Position numbers and translations under genes: made by a program. The notes under the pieces were generated by a model. It worked only from the letters and a program-made list of their open reading frames with translations. It did not search any database and was not told the origin of the DNA. From Cyanophora paradoxa CCMP329 (taxonomy: Eukaryota > Plantae > Glaucophyta), in the NCBI GenBank assembly GCA_004431415.1, contig QPMI01000413.1:14934-78933 (forward strand): a stretch of DNA of 64,000 nt, read 5' to 3'. This document shows positions 1 to 13,848 of this stretch, piece by piece (the stretch's first letter is position 1; each line of letters begins with the position of its first letter).

Positions 1-2461
1 GAGGCTGATGGGCGATGTGAGCCGTGACGGAGAGCACTGAACGCGTTTGAGACCGCAGTTCGGGCAGACTAATTGCCGACCGCAAGTAACGTCTGTGAAG
101 GAGAAATGATTTGAGGGGAGAAGTTCTGTTTCAGGTACGTAAGTACGGACTGTAGTCGCTGCAGTTATTTCGGAGGGTGCTAGAGGGAAGGAGTGGATTA
201 AGGGAATTTAAGCAGGAGAAGAATTAGGAATGGGTAGCGATTGAAAACATTATTGCGCAACTTTTCTCTACGGGAGTTATTGCGGTCTCGATAGCTGGCA
301 TCAGTTGCAGTATCCTTCGGAGTTAAGTTCGCGGCCGGTGCTGTTCTCGTTGAAATTTATCTGTGGCGCTTTCGAATCTCGCGCACCGATGCCATCGCTT
401 ATTTTTGGTTTTGTCGCGCGCGCCTCTGCGTGCAGAATATCGACATCATGTCTGCGAATGGGCTCGACGGTGCGGCGTCCAGTACAGCTCTCCCGGCGCG
501 GTTCTTCGCTGTCGAGTACGAAGACTCGCATGTACACGACGTCTATATCCCCTTTCGTTCGGCGCTCGATTCTTCGCGAGCGTACGTGCAGCGGCTGCGG
601 AGGTGCTCGCACTCGGAATCACTAAATCGAGAGCCTCGGAGCATAATTAACGATATTGCACAGCGTTCCTGGCTCGCGCTATTTGGTGAGGCAGGCCAGT
701 TGCAATAGCAACAGTCGTGGGAAATCTGGGTAGTTTTCGATGCTTAAAGCAAAGCGTTGCTGTCGGTCTCGCGCGCCATCTTGTCAAACCGATGTAAATA
801 TTCAGACGTTGGCGACGTAGTCATTGGCCCGCCATGCGTCTGACTGCGGGGCCATGTAATTAGGCGTCGGGATCTGTGAGCATGCAGCTAGCTAGCATGC
901 GGGGAGTTTGACGCTCGCGCGAGGCGACGCGCGTGTTTTTTTTTCGAGTACGTGGCGCCACTTATTCGCGGAGAATCGGGTATGCGCTAATGTTCTAACC
1001 GCTCGACCTGTTGTAATTTTCCTCACCACGGCTTGGCTTTCAGTTGGTCAAGTGCACTTTCTACAACGCCGTGATGGACAACGACAATCCCGTTCCGGCT
1101 GCGACCTTCGTCTGCGATGCAAAGACCAAGATTCTTCTGTACAGCGTCGGTCGCGCGGATATCAAACAGGTGAGAAGCTTGAAGATTTCATTTTTTGGGC
1201 GAAATTGACGTATTTTTTTTGGTGCAGGGGGCCATCGACATTCTGTCGCGGTTCCACCGCGCCAGGACCTGCGAGAACGTGCCTTACGGCTTCCGCGCCG
1301 GCGAGACTTTCCACTCGGGCGCGAAGGAGATACGGCACCCGGCGCTGATCGGTGTGCTAGAGTCGTGAGGCCTTTTGTTTTCATTTTCCTGACGGACCTT
1401 CTTTGCAGTCGTCTCTGGCGTGCTGATGGGGCCGTCGGGCCACGGTGACAAGATCGCCGCGAAGGACGTCTTCGGGTACCATCTTGCAATTGAGCGTTAG
1501 ACTTCTATTTTTCCTCTGCCTGAATCGCGTATTGCTTTCAGGGATGACCGCGACCTCGCCGTGCGGGCCATGAGCCCGGACGACGAGGCTATCATTGCTG
1601 TCGGCCGACAGATGGAGCCGCCGAAAACTGGCCGCGAGGTGGCGGACATGCTTAACGCCGAGTTGCGGGTGCTCGTGTGCGCGCTGTCTCCGCTGCCGCC
1701 GTGACTGTTTTGCGTCGCAGGCGGAGGGGACGCCTTTCCGGGCGACCCTGCTGCAGTTCACGGCCACGCAGGGCGGCAGCCACCCGGTCTCGTACCTGGT
1801 CACTGACGTGAGCACGTTCGAGTTTGGCGCGTTCATGCTGACCGTCGACGAGATCCGCGAGATTGCGGACGAGTGCGCCTGCTGAATTTTGTGATCTGCA
1901 GTGCTCTCGAATTTACGCGATTTCGGAGCAGGATGCGTGCGCACAACGTCGTCCTGCCGGCCCGCCTCGCCGGCCTCATTGCGGGCCAGGAGTGAAGAGG
2001 TGAATTGCCGGCCAGATTCGCTTTTCTATTGCGACTCGAATGTGTTTTTTTATTCTAATTGCAAGCTGCAGAGCCGTGCATGTTTCCGGATCTTTCTGGA
2101 CAACTTTGCATGCGAGCGAGACGATGGAAGTTTAATTTAATAAAAAGGGCCATGTAGTTTAGGTGCATCCGTTGGCGCTGATAAATGTGGCAGTGCTTGT
2201 GTCAACGTCGAGTGCATGGTGTGCAATTCGTTCTGTACATACGTGTAGTGTAAAAAATGGCCCTGTATTTTATATTGCGCAATTGGGTTTGGTTCGACGC
2301 AAAGGGTTGCGAATATTCATGCTTGCTATATCTGCGGTAACTGAGGGCTAGCAAACTTGAATCTGCAAGGGCACGCTCGAAAGCTATCTACAAAGTTCGA
2401 GAGTATGAGCGGGCAGCCAGGTTGTATACACGACCAGGTCCCTTCATGGCACAACTCGTTT

Positions 2462-3085
2462 AGGGATCGGCGGGAGAAACGGGGAGATCGGCGGGGGGCG
2501 GGGCAGGGCGGGCGGGCGAGCTGACGAGGCTAGGGACGGTGGGAGACCTGAAGGGCGCCAGTCAGCGCGGAGCGCGGGCGGCGGGGGCGGCCCGGAAGGC
2601 TCACGGGGAAAACGACACGATGGAGGCGCCGGACGCTGGCCGCTTCGACTGACAAGCGTGGCGGCCTGCGGAGAGACGGGGGATCGGCGCGAGACGGGAG
2701 GCAGGGCGGGCGGGCGAGCTGACGAGGCTAGGGACAACGGCAGGCCTGGAGGGCGCCAGTCGGCCAAGAACGCAGGTGGCGGGGGCGGCAGGGATGCCGG
2801 CCGCTTCGAGGGGAAGGCGCACGGGTGAGCTGACGAGGCTAGGGACGGCGGGAGTCGTGAAGGGCGCCAGTCAGCAGGGAACGCGGGGGGCGGGGGCGGG
2901 CCGGGAGGCTCACGGGGAAAACGACTCGATGGAGGCGCCGGACGCCGGCCGCTTCGACTGACCAGCGCGGCGGCCTGCACAGAGATGGAGAGATCAGCGG
3001 GGGGCGGGAGGGGAGGGACGGCAAGCAAGCTGACGATGCTATTAACGATGGGTGGCCTGGAGGACGCCAGTCAGCGGGGGGTGGG
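2462..3085. repeat. GC-rich imperfect tandem repeats (recurring gagctgacgaggctagggac...gaagggcgccagtcag and ggctcacggggaaaacgac...ggccgcttcgactgac blocks)
   Basis: The same blocks recur near 2518, 2717 and 2827, and near 2598 and 2907. The Pro/Ala-rich ORFs here are repeat artefacts. Confidence 0.75.
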
Positions 3086-3188
3086 TTGGACGAATATCTA
3101 TCTAGGAAGTCCGGCTGCATGTACATCCAGGTCCCGGTGATGGAGGGCGTTATTTTAGATCTGCACGAAAACACGTTAATTGCACTCA

Positions 3189-4910
3189 TTATTGTAATAA
3201 ACCATGTGCGTGAAGTAACGCACTCAACGCTTGTGTGCCGCCGCGGAAACCCGCTTCGGCATCGTGTCGACGAATCGCGTGTTCTTGAAATCGGCCTCCG
3301 CCTTCTCGAACTCGCGCTGGAACTGTTCGACTTGGCCCCAGTCGCCGGGCTCGCATTCCGTGGGGACGGCGTTGACGAGTCGCTGACCGTGCGGCGCGGT
3401 GCTGTCCTCGATCCAGCGCAGGTACTGGAGCTTGTGGCCCCACATTGTTGCGTGCATTGCCGGATCGTCTTGCCGGAGCCTCGCAAATTCTGCGCTCTCG
3501 GCCTTCTGGTCCTTGATGGCGGCTTGCAGGTCGGGGTTGACGTTCTGAATCACGTGCAGCAGCTCGTACCGTTGCAGGAGCAAGGCGTTCGCGATGAAGA
3601 AGTGCGCTCCCTCGCGCGGGCGGCTGAGCATGACGTACAGCTGCTGTCGGTGTGTGTAGTCCCTGCTGTTCATGCCCCGCACGTCGGCGATGGCGCGCTT
3701 CAGGGTGTGCCCTTGAGCCTTGTAGACCGTCGTGCCGTAGGCGACGCGGAACGGCGGTCCTATCCTGACGTTGTGCGTGCCTCCTGCCCCGCCAGCGATT
3801 TCGTCCTCGTGGTCTGCGCAACGTGACCGTAGTCAATCTCGAGAGGGAAGCGCGTGTGCATTCACGATCGTGCTGACAAATGCAGCGGCTCACCAGCATT
3901 TCTGGGCTCGACGTTGATTTCGACGGCGTCGACGATTCGACCGTCGGGGAGCTGGCAGCGTTCCGTGATTGCACGCCGGCCGACGCGGTCATCGTGGAAG
4001 TAGATGTAGTACGTCATGGGGGGCATGAGGTGCGGATGCGGGAGCTGCTCCACCTTCACCTCTATGCTCTGTTTCTTCTGCCTCGTCGCTGCCGCTGCGG
4101 CCCGTACAATGTTGTCCTTGCTGACCTTTGGCTTGCTCTTCTTCCGGTCTGAAGGTCCTGGCTCGGGCTCGGGTTCGGGTTCGGGTTCCGGCTCGGGCTT
4201 GGGGCCACGGTCCGCAGTGTCGAGCTCGTGCTGGACGAGATCCGGTGCAGCGTGTTCGAGCACGAGCGGCGTGTCCGGTGTGAACTCCGTCGCGTGCTGA
4301 CTGATGTAGTCGGGCGTCTCCGTGTGGTCTCGCCATTTGTAACCGGCAAGCAGTCCGATGGCGCCGTTGACGAGGCCGTCGTCTGTGTCGCGGTTCTGTC
4401 TAAGCATGACCTTGATGCCCCCCGTCACCATGACCTTGTGGGGGATGCTTCCTTGCTCGTTCGTGCATGGGATCCTCTCGCCGTACGCGTCCACGCTCTC
4501 GCACTTCTTGATGTGCTCGCGCGGATGCGTGTCCTTGGCGACGATCTTGAGGACAGGGTCGCGGTACTGGGCGTGGTGCCGTCGGATCATCGCGTCGTTG
4601 TGCTGCTCTGCGAGCTTGTTCGTGAGGAACATGTGGTACGCTTCGTCCCACGTGGGGTCTTGGTTCTTGGTCAGCGTGTTGTGGATGGCATTCTCGTTGT
4701 CGTCGCCGAGATCGTTGTTGAGGTCCAGGCACCGGCGGAGAAGGTAGTGGTAGACGTCGTCGACGTGGTCCGGATCCCCGTCTCGAAACCAGTTGAGGAT
4801 TTGGCCAAGTTCTGGATCCGCCAGGTGCCGCATCGACGAGGGCAGGACGTGAGCCGTGAAGTAGCTGAGGAAGGTGTGCAGGTTCGGCGTGTGCCACTTG
4901 ACGTCATTCT
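3189..4910 (-). pseudogene. PIF1-family (SF1B) helicase, C-terminal part of a Helitron-like Rep/helicase; split over ORFs 3862-4833 and 3224-3682 by introns or frameshifts
   Basis: Motifs FLTNKLAEQHN, GIKVMLRQNRDTDDGLVNGAIG, AYGTTVYKAQGHTL (minus strand, ~3700-3745) and QLYVMLSR match PIF1 helicase motifs IV-VI. Confidence 0.8.
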
Positions 4911-7900
4911 GCAGAGCTTACGAATCGCTTAAACAGAACCTCGAATGCATACGGCTCGGTTCTCGTGCCCTGTCGCGCCCGCAGACCTCGCGAAAACCTT
5001 TAAAAAGATCTGAAGTGAATACTGTAGCGATGGGCATGCATGGGTGAGGATGCGGCATTCATTTATCGTTGGTTGTATTCTACAAATCATAAAGACATTG
5101 CTAAAGGCTTTGTAGAGGTCTCAAAGGAATACTGTAGCGATGGGCATGGGTGAGGACGCGAGGGCGCGCGGAAAGGTCTCCAGGTCCGTGAAGGATCGAA
5201 TTTTCGGGGTCGGCTGGATCCTCGCGGCCTGGCGCATCTGCAAAGCATGCGGAACGCTTCTTCTACATCTCAAATGCGTATGCTATTGTTCCGCGCATGC
5301 GCCGCGGCGTGGGCGCTCGGAAATATGTGCTGGCCTGGCCAGGATCGAATTTTTGCGTCGGCTGGGTTCTCGCGCCCTGTTGCGCCCTGTTTAAAAGATC
5401 TCAAATGAATATACTGGGGATGCGCATGCATGAGGGCGCGAGGGCGCGCGGAAAGATGTTCAGGTCCGTCCAGGATCGAATTTTCGGGTTGGCTGGGTCC
5501 TCGCGGCCCGGCACATCTGTAAAGCGTGCGAAACGCTTGCTCTACATCTCACATGCTTATGCTATTGTTCCGCGCATAGGCCGCGGCGTGGGCGCGCCGA
5601 AAGATGTCCGGGCCCGTGCAGGATCGAATTTTCGACGTCGGCTGGGTTCTGGTGCTCTTTCGCGTCTTCGAAGCTTGTGGAAGGCTTTGATAAAATCTCA
5701 AATGAATATTGTAGCGATGCGCATGCGCGAGAACGCGAGGGCGCGCGGAAAGTTGTTCAGGTCCGAAGAGGACCGAATTTTCATAGTTGGTGGGTCCTCG
5801 CGGCCTGGTGCATTTAGAGACCGTGCGGAAGTCTTCTTCTACATCTCAAATGCTTATGCTATTGTTCCGCGCATGCGCCGCGGCGTGGGCGCGCGGAAAG
5901 ATGTCCGGGCCTGTTCAGGATCGAATTTTTGCCGTCGGGTACCTTCTTGCGCTATTCCGGCTCCGAAAAGCGGATTTCGGGGGTGCGGAGGCGCTGCTAT
6001 GTCTATGCGCGCTAGTACGCATCGATTGCGCGCGTCGCGGGACCGGGCGGAACCGGCCGGATCAAATTTTCGGCCGACTGTTCGCACTGGAGCGCCGACG
6101 GCGCTTGAAATCGAGCTTGCGGCGATGCGCTCGCCGTCGCGCGTCATTCTTTATCGTTCTGGGGTCTCTCTGGCGCGATTTCGTCGCGGGACCGGGCGGG
6201 ACCGGGTCCCACCTTCTGACCTGGACTGTGTTTGTCGGAGGTTAAGTACCGGAATTGATCCAGAGGAAAATTGAATATTCGCCCGACGCCCACGGGGGAG
6301 CGGTCGTCTTAGGGGAGCCAGGACGCTAAAAATGGATTTAGAGAGGTCTGTGGGGGTTCGGGTGGCTGTGTGACTAGCAGCAATCGCGTCCGTGTCGAGG
6401 CAGAATTAATAATTCTGCCTCGAGGGAGTGCGTCCGCGCATAGGCCGCGGCGTGGGCGCGCCGAAAGATGTCCGGGCCCGTGCAGGATCGAATTTTCGAC
6501 GTCGGCTGGGTTCTGGTGCTTTTTCGCGTCTTCGAAGCTTGTGGAAGGCTTTGATAAAATCTCAAATGAATATTGTAGCGATGCGCATGCGCGAGAACGC
6601 GAGGGCGCGCGGAAAGTTGTTCAGGTCCGAAGAGGACCGAATTTTCATAGTTGGTGGGTCCTCGCGGCCTGGTGCATTTAGAGACCGTGCGGAAGTCTTC
6701 TTCTACATCTCAAATGCTTATGCTATTGTTCCGCGCATGCGCCGCGGCGTGGGCGCGCGGAAAGATGTCCGGGCCTGTTCAGGATCGAATTTTTGCCGTC
6801 GGGTACCTTCCTGCACTATTCCGGCTCCGAAAAGCGGATTTCGGGGGTGCGCAGGCCCTGCTATGTCTATGCGCGCCAGTACGCATCGATCGCGCGCGTC
6901 GCGGGACCGGGCCGGACCGGCCGGATCAAATTTTCGGCCGACTCTTCGCACTGGAGCGTCGACAGCGCCCGAAATCGATCTTGCGGCGATGCGTTCGCCC
7001 TCGCGCGTCATTCTGTTTCGTTCTGGGGCGTCGCTGGCGCGGTTTCGTCGCGGGACCGGGCGGGACCGGGTCCCACCTTCTGACCTGGACTGTGTTTGTC
7101 GGAGGTTAAGTACCGGAATTGATCCAGAGGAAAATTGAATATTCGCCCGACGCCCACGGGGGAGCGGTCGTCTTAGGGGAGCCAGGACGCTAAAAATGGA
7201 TCTAGAGAGGTCTGTGGGGGTTCGGGTGGCTGTGTGACTAGCAGCAATCGCGTCCGTGTCGAGGCAGAATTAATAATTCTGCCTCGAGGGAGTGCGATAC
7301 GGAAATTATTTAACAGGGGGGATCTCGAGTGGAAAAAAAGGTTAAAAAAGGAATTTAGATCGTCGGTTTTTGGGTTTGAGACAAGATCCGTGCTCCTGCG
7401 GAGCACTAAGTACGGCGAAGCCTCGCGGACGCCCTCGCGGCTGGCACAGTAGGCCTATAGGGCACTGGCCAGCGGCCTGGCCGATCGCGAACAGCTTTCT
7501 GGCTGGACTCGGAAGCTGGCTGGCTGACGGCCAGTCCAGCTAGCGCTGGCCGGCTAGAGGAATATTAATGTACTGAGGAAATAAAGGGTGGAGCAGATTG
7601 AGAGGAGATTAATTATATAATATTGTTGGGAAGGAGGCCCGGGAGGGGCGAGGTTCTCGCGGCCAGGCGCATGCACAGAGCTTGCGAATCGCTTAAACAG
7701 AATCTCGAACGCATATAGCACCGATGTGCAGGGCTGCGGAGGCGAGGGCGCGCAGAAATATGTGCAGGTCTGTCCAGGATCGCAAATTTGGCGTCGGTTG
7801 GGTTTTCGTGCTTTGTCGCGGCCACAGAGGTCGCGGAAGTCTTCGTTTAGATCTCAAATGAATACTGTAGCGATGGGCATGCGTGGGGATGCGAGGGCGC

Positions 7901-10900
7901 GCGGAAAGATGCACATGTCCGTCCAGGATCGAATTTTCGGGGTGGGCTGGGTCCTCGCGGCCCGGCGCATACGCAAAGCGTGCGGAAGTCTTCTTCTACA
8001 TCTCAAATGCTTATACTATTGTTCCGTGCATGCGCCGCGGCGCGGGCGCGCGGAAAGCTGTGCAGGCCCGTTCAGGATCGAATTTTTGCGTCGGCTGGGT
8101 TCTCGCGCCCTGTCGCGCCTGCAGAGCTTGCGAAAAGCTTTAAAAAGAAGTCAACTGAAAATTGTAGCGATGCGCTCGCGTGAGGGTGCGAGGGCGCGCG
8201 GAAAGTTGTGCAGGTCCGTCCAGGATCGAATTTTCGGGGTGGGCTGGGTCCTCGCGGCCCGGCGCATACGCAAAGCGTGCGGAAGGCTTCTTCTACATCT
8301 CAAATGCTTATACTATTGTTCCGCGCATGCGCCGCGGCGTTGGCGCGCGGAAAGATGTCGACGTCCAGGCCTGTGAAGGATCGAATTTTTGATGTCCGGT
8401 ACCTTCTTGCGCTATTCCGGCTCCGAAAAGCGGATTTCGGGGGTGCGGAGGCGCTGCTATGTCTATGCGCGCTAGTACGCATCGATTGCGCGCGTCGCGG
8501 GACCGGGCGGAACCGGCCGGATCAAATTTTCGGCCGACTGTTCGCACTGGAGCGCCGACGGCGCTTGAAATCGAGCTTGCGGCGATGCGCTCGCCGTCGC
8601 GCGTCATTCTTTATCGTTCTGGGGTCTCTCTGGCGCGATTTCGTCGCGGGACCGGGCGGGACCGGGTCCCACCTTCTGACTCGGACTGCATTTGTCGGAG
8701 GTTAAGTACCGGAATTGATCCAGAGGGAAATTCGATTTCGCGCGACGCCCACGGGCGAGCGGTCGTCTTAGGGGAGCCAGGACGCTAAAAATGGATCTAG
8801 AGAGGTCTGTGGGGGTTCGGGTGGCTGAGTGACTAGCGGCAATCGCGTCCGTGTCGAGGCAGAATTAATAATTCTGCCTCGAGGGAGTGCGACACGGAAA
8901 TTATTTGGCAGGGGGGATCTCGAGTGGAAAAAAAGGTTAAAAAAGGAATATGGGTCGGCGGTTTTTGGTTTTGAGAAAGAGGCTTCGCCTGAAAGAGGCT
9001 TCGCCTGAAAGAGGCTTCGCCTGAAGAGGCTTCGCCCGACAAGCCCTGGGCTGCGGGTCCCAAACATCGGGCGAAGCCCTTGCCGCCCCCTTGGCGTCCC
9101 CCTTGTTCTTCGCGGCCCGTCGCGGCCCCACCCGTATTTATTTCATGAGTCGCCGCGGTCCCCGTCCCGGTCCCCTTATTTATCGCGGGCCGTCCTGGCT
9201 GTGGCTGGGCCGGGTGGCCCAGTGGGGGGTAGGGTGGGGCCTGGCGGGGCGATGAAATTAAAGGGGAGGGGAGGGATCCTGAGAGGGAATATAATTCGGG
9301 GAGGAGTTGTCCTGAGAGGAGTTGTACGTGCTCAGAGAATATAATTATGTAGTTAGGGGAATCATTGAATTAATATTGCTGGGGCTGAGAGAATATAATG
9401 AGGGGAGGGATGGTGCTGCCAATCAGCTAGCTGTAGTCGACCTGGAGGCGCTGAGGAAATTGACAGGAGAGTGTTGAGGGGAGGATGGAGAATCTCGCGG
9501 CCAGGCGCATGCGTAGAGCTTGTGAATCGCTTAAACAGAATCTCGAATGCGCTCTCTATCGATGTGCAGGGCTACGGAGGCGAGGGCGCGCGAAAATACA
9601 TGCAGGCCTGTCCAGGATCGAAAATTTGGCGTCGGCTGGGTTCTCGTGCTCCGTCGCATCCGCACAGCTTGCGAAACGCTTTGAAATGATGTTAAATAAA
9701 TACTGTAGCGATGGGCATGGGTGAGGACGCGAGGGCGCGCGGAAAGATGCTCAGGCCCGTCGAGGATCGAATTTTGGGGGTCGGCTGGGTCCTCGCGGTC
9801 CGGCGCATCTGTAAAGCGTGCAAAAGGCTTCGTCTACATCTCAAATGCTTATACTATTGTTCTGCGCATGCGCCGCGGCGTGGGCGCGGGGAAAGATGTC
9901 CGGGGCTGGGCAGGATCGAATGTTTGCCGCCGGGCACCTTGCTGCGCTGTTCCGGCTCCGAAAAGCGGATATCTGGAGTGCGCAGGCCCTCCTATGTCTA
10001 TGCGCGCCAGTACGCATCGATTGCGCGCGCCGGGGGACCGGACGGAACCGAATGGATCAAAATTTCGGCCGACTCTTCGGACTGGAGCGTCGACGGCGCC
10101 CGAAATCGAGCTTGCAGCGGTGCGCGCGCCCTGCTCTGTCATTCTGCATTGCTCTGGGGCGTCTGTGGCGGGCTTTCGTCGCGGGTTTGGGCGGGACCGG
10201 GTCCCACTTTTTGGAGTTTCGCGATCGAACCGTGGTATAAATACCGGAATCGATCCGTCATGGAAATGCGATTTTCGCGCGACGCCAATGGGAGAGCGGT
10301 CGTCTTGAGCAAATTCTAGGGGAGCTATGACTCCGAAAATAAATCAGTGGAGGTTGGCCGCCCGAAAGTTCTACTGTGTGACGTCGGAGACCGTTCGCCT
10401 TGCGGAGGTTGCGAATCTGGACGCTCGGACGAATCATAGAGCGGTGGAAAAAAAATAGATGGGGCCGTTCACCATCGACCTACGGACAAGCCCTGGGCCC
10501 CTGCGGGTCCCAAACATCGGGCGAAGCCCTTGCCGCCCCCTTTGCGCCCCCCTTTTGCATCGCGACCCGTCGCGGCCCGCCCCTCGCCATGCCCTATTTA
10601 AATCATGAGTCGCTGCGGTCCCCGTCCTGGTCCCCTTATTTATCGCCGCGGTCCCCGTCCTGGTCCCCTTATTTATCGCGATCGTGTGCTGTCGTGGCTC
10701 TCAGTGGCGGGCCTGACAGGAGTTGTCCTGAGAGAATATAATTCTGTAATACGGAGAATTGGTGCAGCTGAGAGAGAATATAATGAGGGGAGGAGTGGTC
10801 CTGCCAATCAGCTATAGCTAGCTGTAGTTGAGCTCGAGGCCCTGAGGAAATTGAGAGAAGATTGTTGAGGGAAGGGGCGAGGTTCTCGCGGCCAGGCGCA

Positions 10901-11915
10901 TGCACAGAGCTTATGAATCGTTTAAACAGATTCTCGGATACATACATGATCGATGTACATGTCCAGGGCTGCGGAGGCGAGGGCGCGCGGAAATACATGC
11001 AGGCCTGTCCAGGATCGAAATTTTCGTGTCGACTGGGTTCTCGTGCTTCGTCGCGTCCGCAGAGCTTGGAGAAGGCTTTGAAAAGATGTTAAATGAATAC
11101 TGTAGCGATGGGCATGCGTGGGGCTGCGAGGGCGCGCGAAAAGATGTGCAGGTTCGTGCAGGATCGAATTTTCGGGGTCGGCTGGGTCCTCGCGGCCCGG
11201 CGCATTTGGAGCCCGTGCAAAAGGCTTCGTCTACATCTCGAATGCATATGCTATTGTTCCGCGCATGCGCCGCGGCGTCGGCGCGCGGAAAGTTGCCCGG
11301 GACTGTGCAGGATCGAATTTTTGCCGCTGGGTACCTTCCTGCACTGTTCCGGCTCCGAGAAGCGGATTCCTGGAGTGCGCAGGCCGTGCTATGTCTATGC
11401 GCGCGAGAACGCATCGATTGCGCGCGTCGTGGGACCGGGCGGGATCGGCTGGGTCGAAATTTCGGCCGACTCTTCGCACTGGAGCATCGACGGCGGCCGA
11501 AATCGAGCTCATGGTGATGTGCGCGCCCTAATCTGTAACTCTGCATCGCTCTGGGGCGTCTATGGCGGCCTTTCGTCGCGGGACCGGGCGGGACCGGTTC
11601 CCACTTTTTGGGGTTTCGCGATCGAGCCGGGGTATAAATACCGGAATTGATCCGTGAGGGAAATGCGATTTTCGCGCGACGCTCACGGGCGGAATTTTAG
11701 GGGAGCTATGACTGCGAAAATAAATCAGTGGAGGTTGGCCGCCTGTCAGTTCTACTGTGTCACGTCGGAGACCGTTCGCCTTCATTGCGGAGGTTGCGAC
11801 TCTGGACGCTCGGACCAATCGGACTCGAGTGGAAAAAAAATAGATCCGCCCGTTCACCATTGACATTCGGAAGAGGCTTCGCCCGAAGAGGCTTCGCCCG
11901 AAGAGGCTTCGCCCG
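4911..11915. repeat. Complex satellite or nested non-autonomous repeat array of ~300-900 bp units
   Basis: Recurrent aggatcgaattt, ctacatctcaaatgc and aatactgtagcgatg motifs. Near-identical ~860 bp tandem copies at ~5570-6428 and ~6432-7290, with further copies at 7.6-8.9, 9.4-10.5 and 10.8-11.9 kb. (gaagaggcttcgcc)n tails at ~8975-9036 and ~11870-11915. Confidence 0.85.
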
Positions 11916-11939
11916 AAATTGGCAGGGCTAATAGGATAA

Positions 11940-13290
11940 CGTCTGGCAGTACGCACGTTGGCATACATGTGGTACTTGCAGTATTCGTGGATGGTGATGC
12001 GAACGGGACGTGGACAGAAGAAGGCCGTGTCGCCTGCATGCACGTCCGTGAGTCGCTCAATTGAAAAGTTGTCCACGGTTTAGATAATTACCTAGTGGGT
12101 GCAGCCACACGAATCCACATGGCTCTCCTTGCTCTTCCTCGTCCTTCAGCAGCTTCGTGTTGGTAGAGGGAATGGTGCGCGCCTCCTCGTTTGCCATCTT
12201 CAGAAGTGCGGAATGGCTGACGGGGGCTGCAGGGACAGGGGCGCCGATGACAGCCGAGAGGACTCGGCGCACTTGATCAGGCTCCATCGGCCAACCCTCC
12301 AGTGCCTCCGCATCTTCCTCGACACAGGTGCAGTCGGGAGCAGGCTTGTCACCCTCGTCATGTGGGGGAGGGGCCGCAGTGCCGTTCCTGCTCGAGCTCA
12401 TGGCGGCAGGTGCAGGTCGGCCATCACACTCGACGTCGGGGGGCGTCGGCATAGGTACAGGTGGGCTGTTGGTTGCATCGGCCTTGAAGCGCTCTCGCTC
12501 CTGCTGCTCACATTCTTCGCGCTCGTGCTCCTCCCGCTCTATGGCCTCAACAAGGCGCTGAAAATCTGCTGGGTCCGCCCCCTCGTCCCCAGGAGCTAAA
12601 GTCGCAGCACGGGTAAGACAAACAAGTATTAAGCGAATTAAAATTCAATAAATACCACAATACAGTCCGCCGTGCTGATCATGATTGCACCAGTCCCGTA
12701 CATAAGCTTTAATCTCTTCAGGTGTTTCGCCCGGCAGCGAATAGACCGTGAGGCGCGTTCCGTTGTACCAGATATTGTACTTGCAAAGCCATCGAAGTGC
12801 CAAGTACACAACGTGAGGGCGGACGATGTAGAACTGGGTTGCGCCGCCCCGCGGCTTCTCTATATTGCAAAATAACTTCTTTACGGGTTCGGGTAGAGGA
12901 TTCAACCCGTACCTAATTTGCCAAGTTAATTATAAGGGGGGAAATACACATCGGAATATGCAGAACTGATCACGAACCAGCAGACATCCTCCACGTTCGT
13001 GGGCGCGAAAACGACCTTCATTCCGCCGCCGTGCTGCCCCTTCTTCCCGCCGCGGTTGTCGCAGTAATATGTGTGCTGCGAGCGGCGACAGTAAAACACT
13101 GCCGGGCATTAATTTAAAGGGGAATTCAGTGGTCTCAAGGTCGGACAATGAAACACTGAGTGCAACAGATGATGCGCTTCTCCATGAGAGTGAGGGACTT
13201 CAGCACTTCAGCCTCCTCTGCGTCTGGAAGGTCCGCCCAGTCGATCTGCACCTTGTTCTGCGCAACGCCCCCCACTCACTGCTGAGCTTA
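11940..13290 (-). pseudogene. Helitron-like Rep N-terminal region (DUF6570-like domain), intron-interrupted
   Basis: Exon-like segments on the minus strand read EVLKSLTLMEKRII (~13170-13215), FYIVRPHVVYLALRWLCKYNIWY (12645-12905) and PVRITIHEYCKY. These are typical of Helitron Rep/helicase N-termini and lie on the same strand as the helicase at 3.2-4.9 kb. Confidence 0.6.
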
Positions 13291-13848
13291 TTGAAAACGA
13301 ATTAATATTCGAATTTGCAAGCGAATAATTATAATTCTGTGACTGTATCGCGTGTACAAACTGAATCGCTACAATTGCAAATATTCACTGCGCACACACC
13401 TGCCTCGAGTAAGGGCATATCGGAGGGGCAGGGGGGCCATTCCGAGGCTGGCGGGTCTGCTTCGTAGTCGGTTCCCGCATGCAAGGCTGGCAGAGCTGCC
13501 GCAACAGCGGCGAGCGCTAGCTCGCGGCTGCTGCCGCGGGCGAACAGTTCCCGCGGCCGCGCACGGCCATGCTGGCTGGGCCGACCATTGCGGCGCGCGA
13601 TGGCGCTCATCATGACTGAGGACGAACGTCGGCGCCGCGGCTGGCCACGCGCGCACGGGCCGCTATCGCTGCGCTGGTGCTGGCGTCGCCGTGCGCATGC
13701 GGGACACATCGCGGAACGCGCGCGCGCGAACGTGGCCACCTATAGCTAGCGCTAGCTGCAGGCTACGCACGCAGCATGCGCACTGAGCGCTGCAGCTGCA
13801 GCTCGAGCTCCTGCGCAGCTCGAGCTGAGTCGATCCTTGTACCCCTGG

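Noticed and set aside
1-2440. Short ORFs such as 430-708 and 1595-1885
   Set aside because: Possibly exons, but no recognisable motif or consistent gene model.
3086-4932. Plus-strand ORFs 3086-3826 and 4228-4932
   Set aside because: Antisense shadows of the GC3-rich helicase coding sequence on the minus strand.
5140-11931. Repeated ORFs of 150-325 aa in the satellite
   Set aside because: They are translations of a repeat with no conserved frame between copies and no protein motifs.
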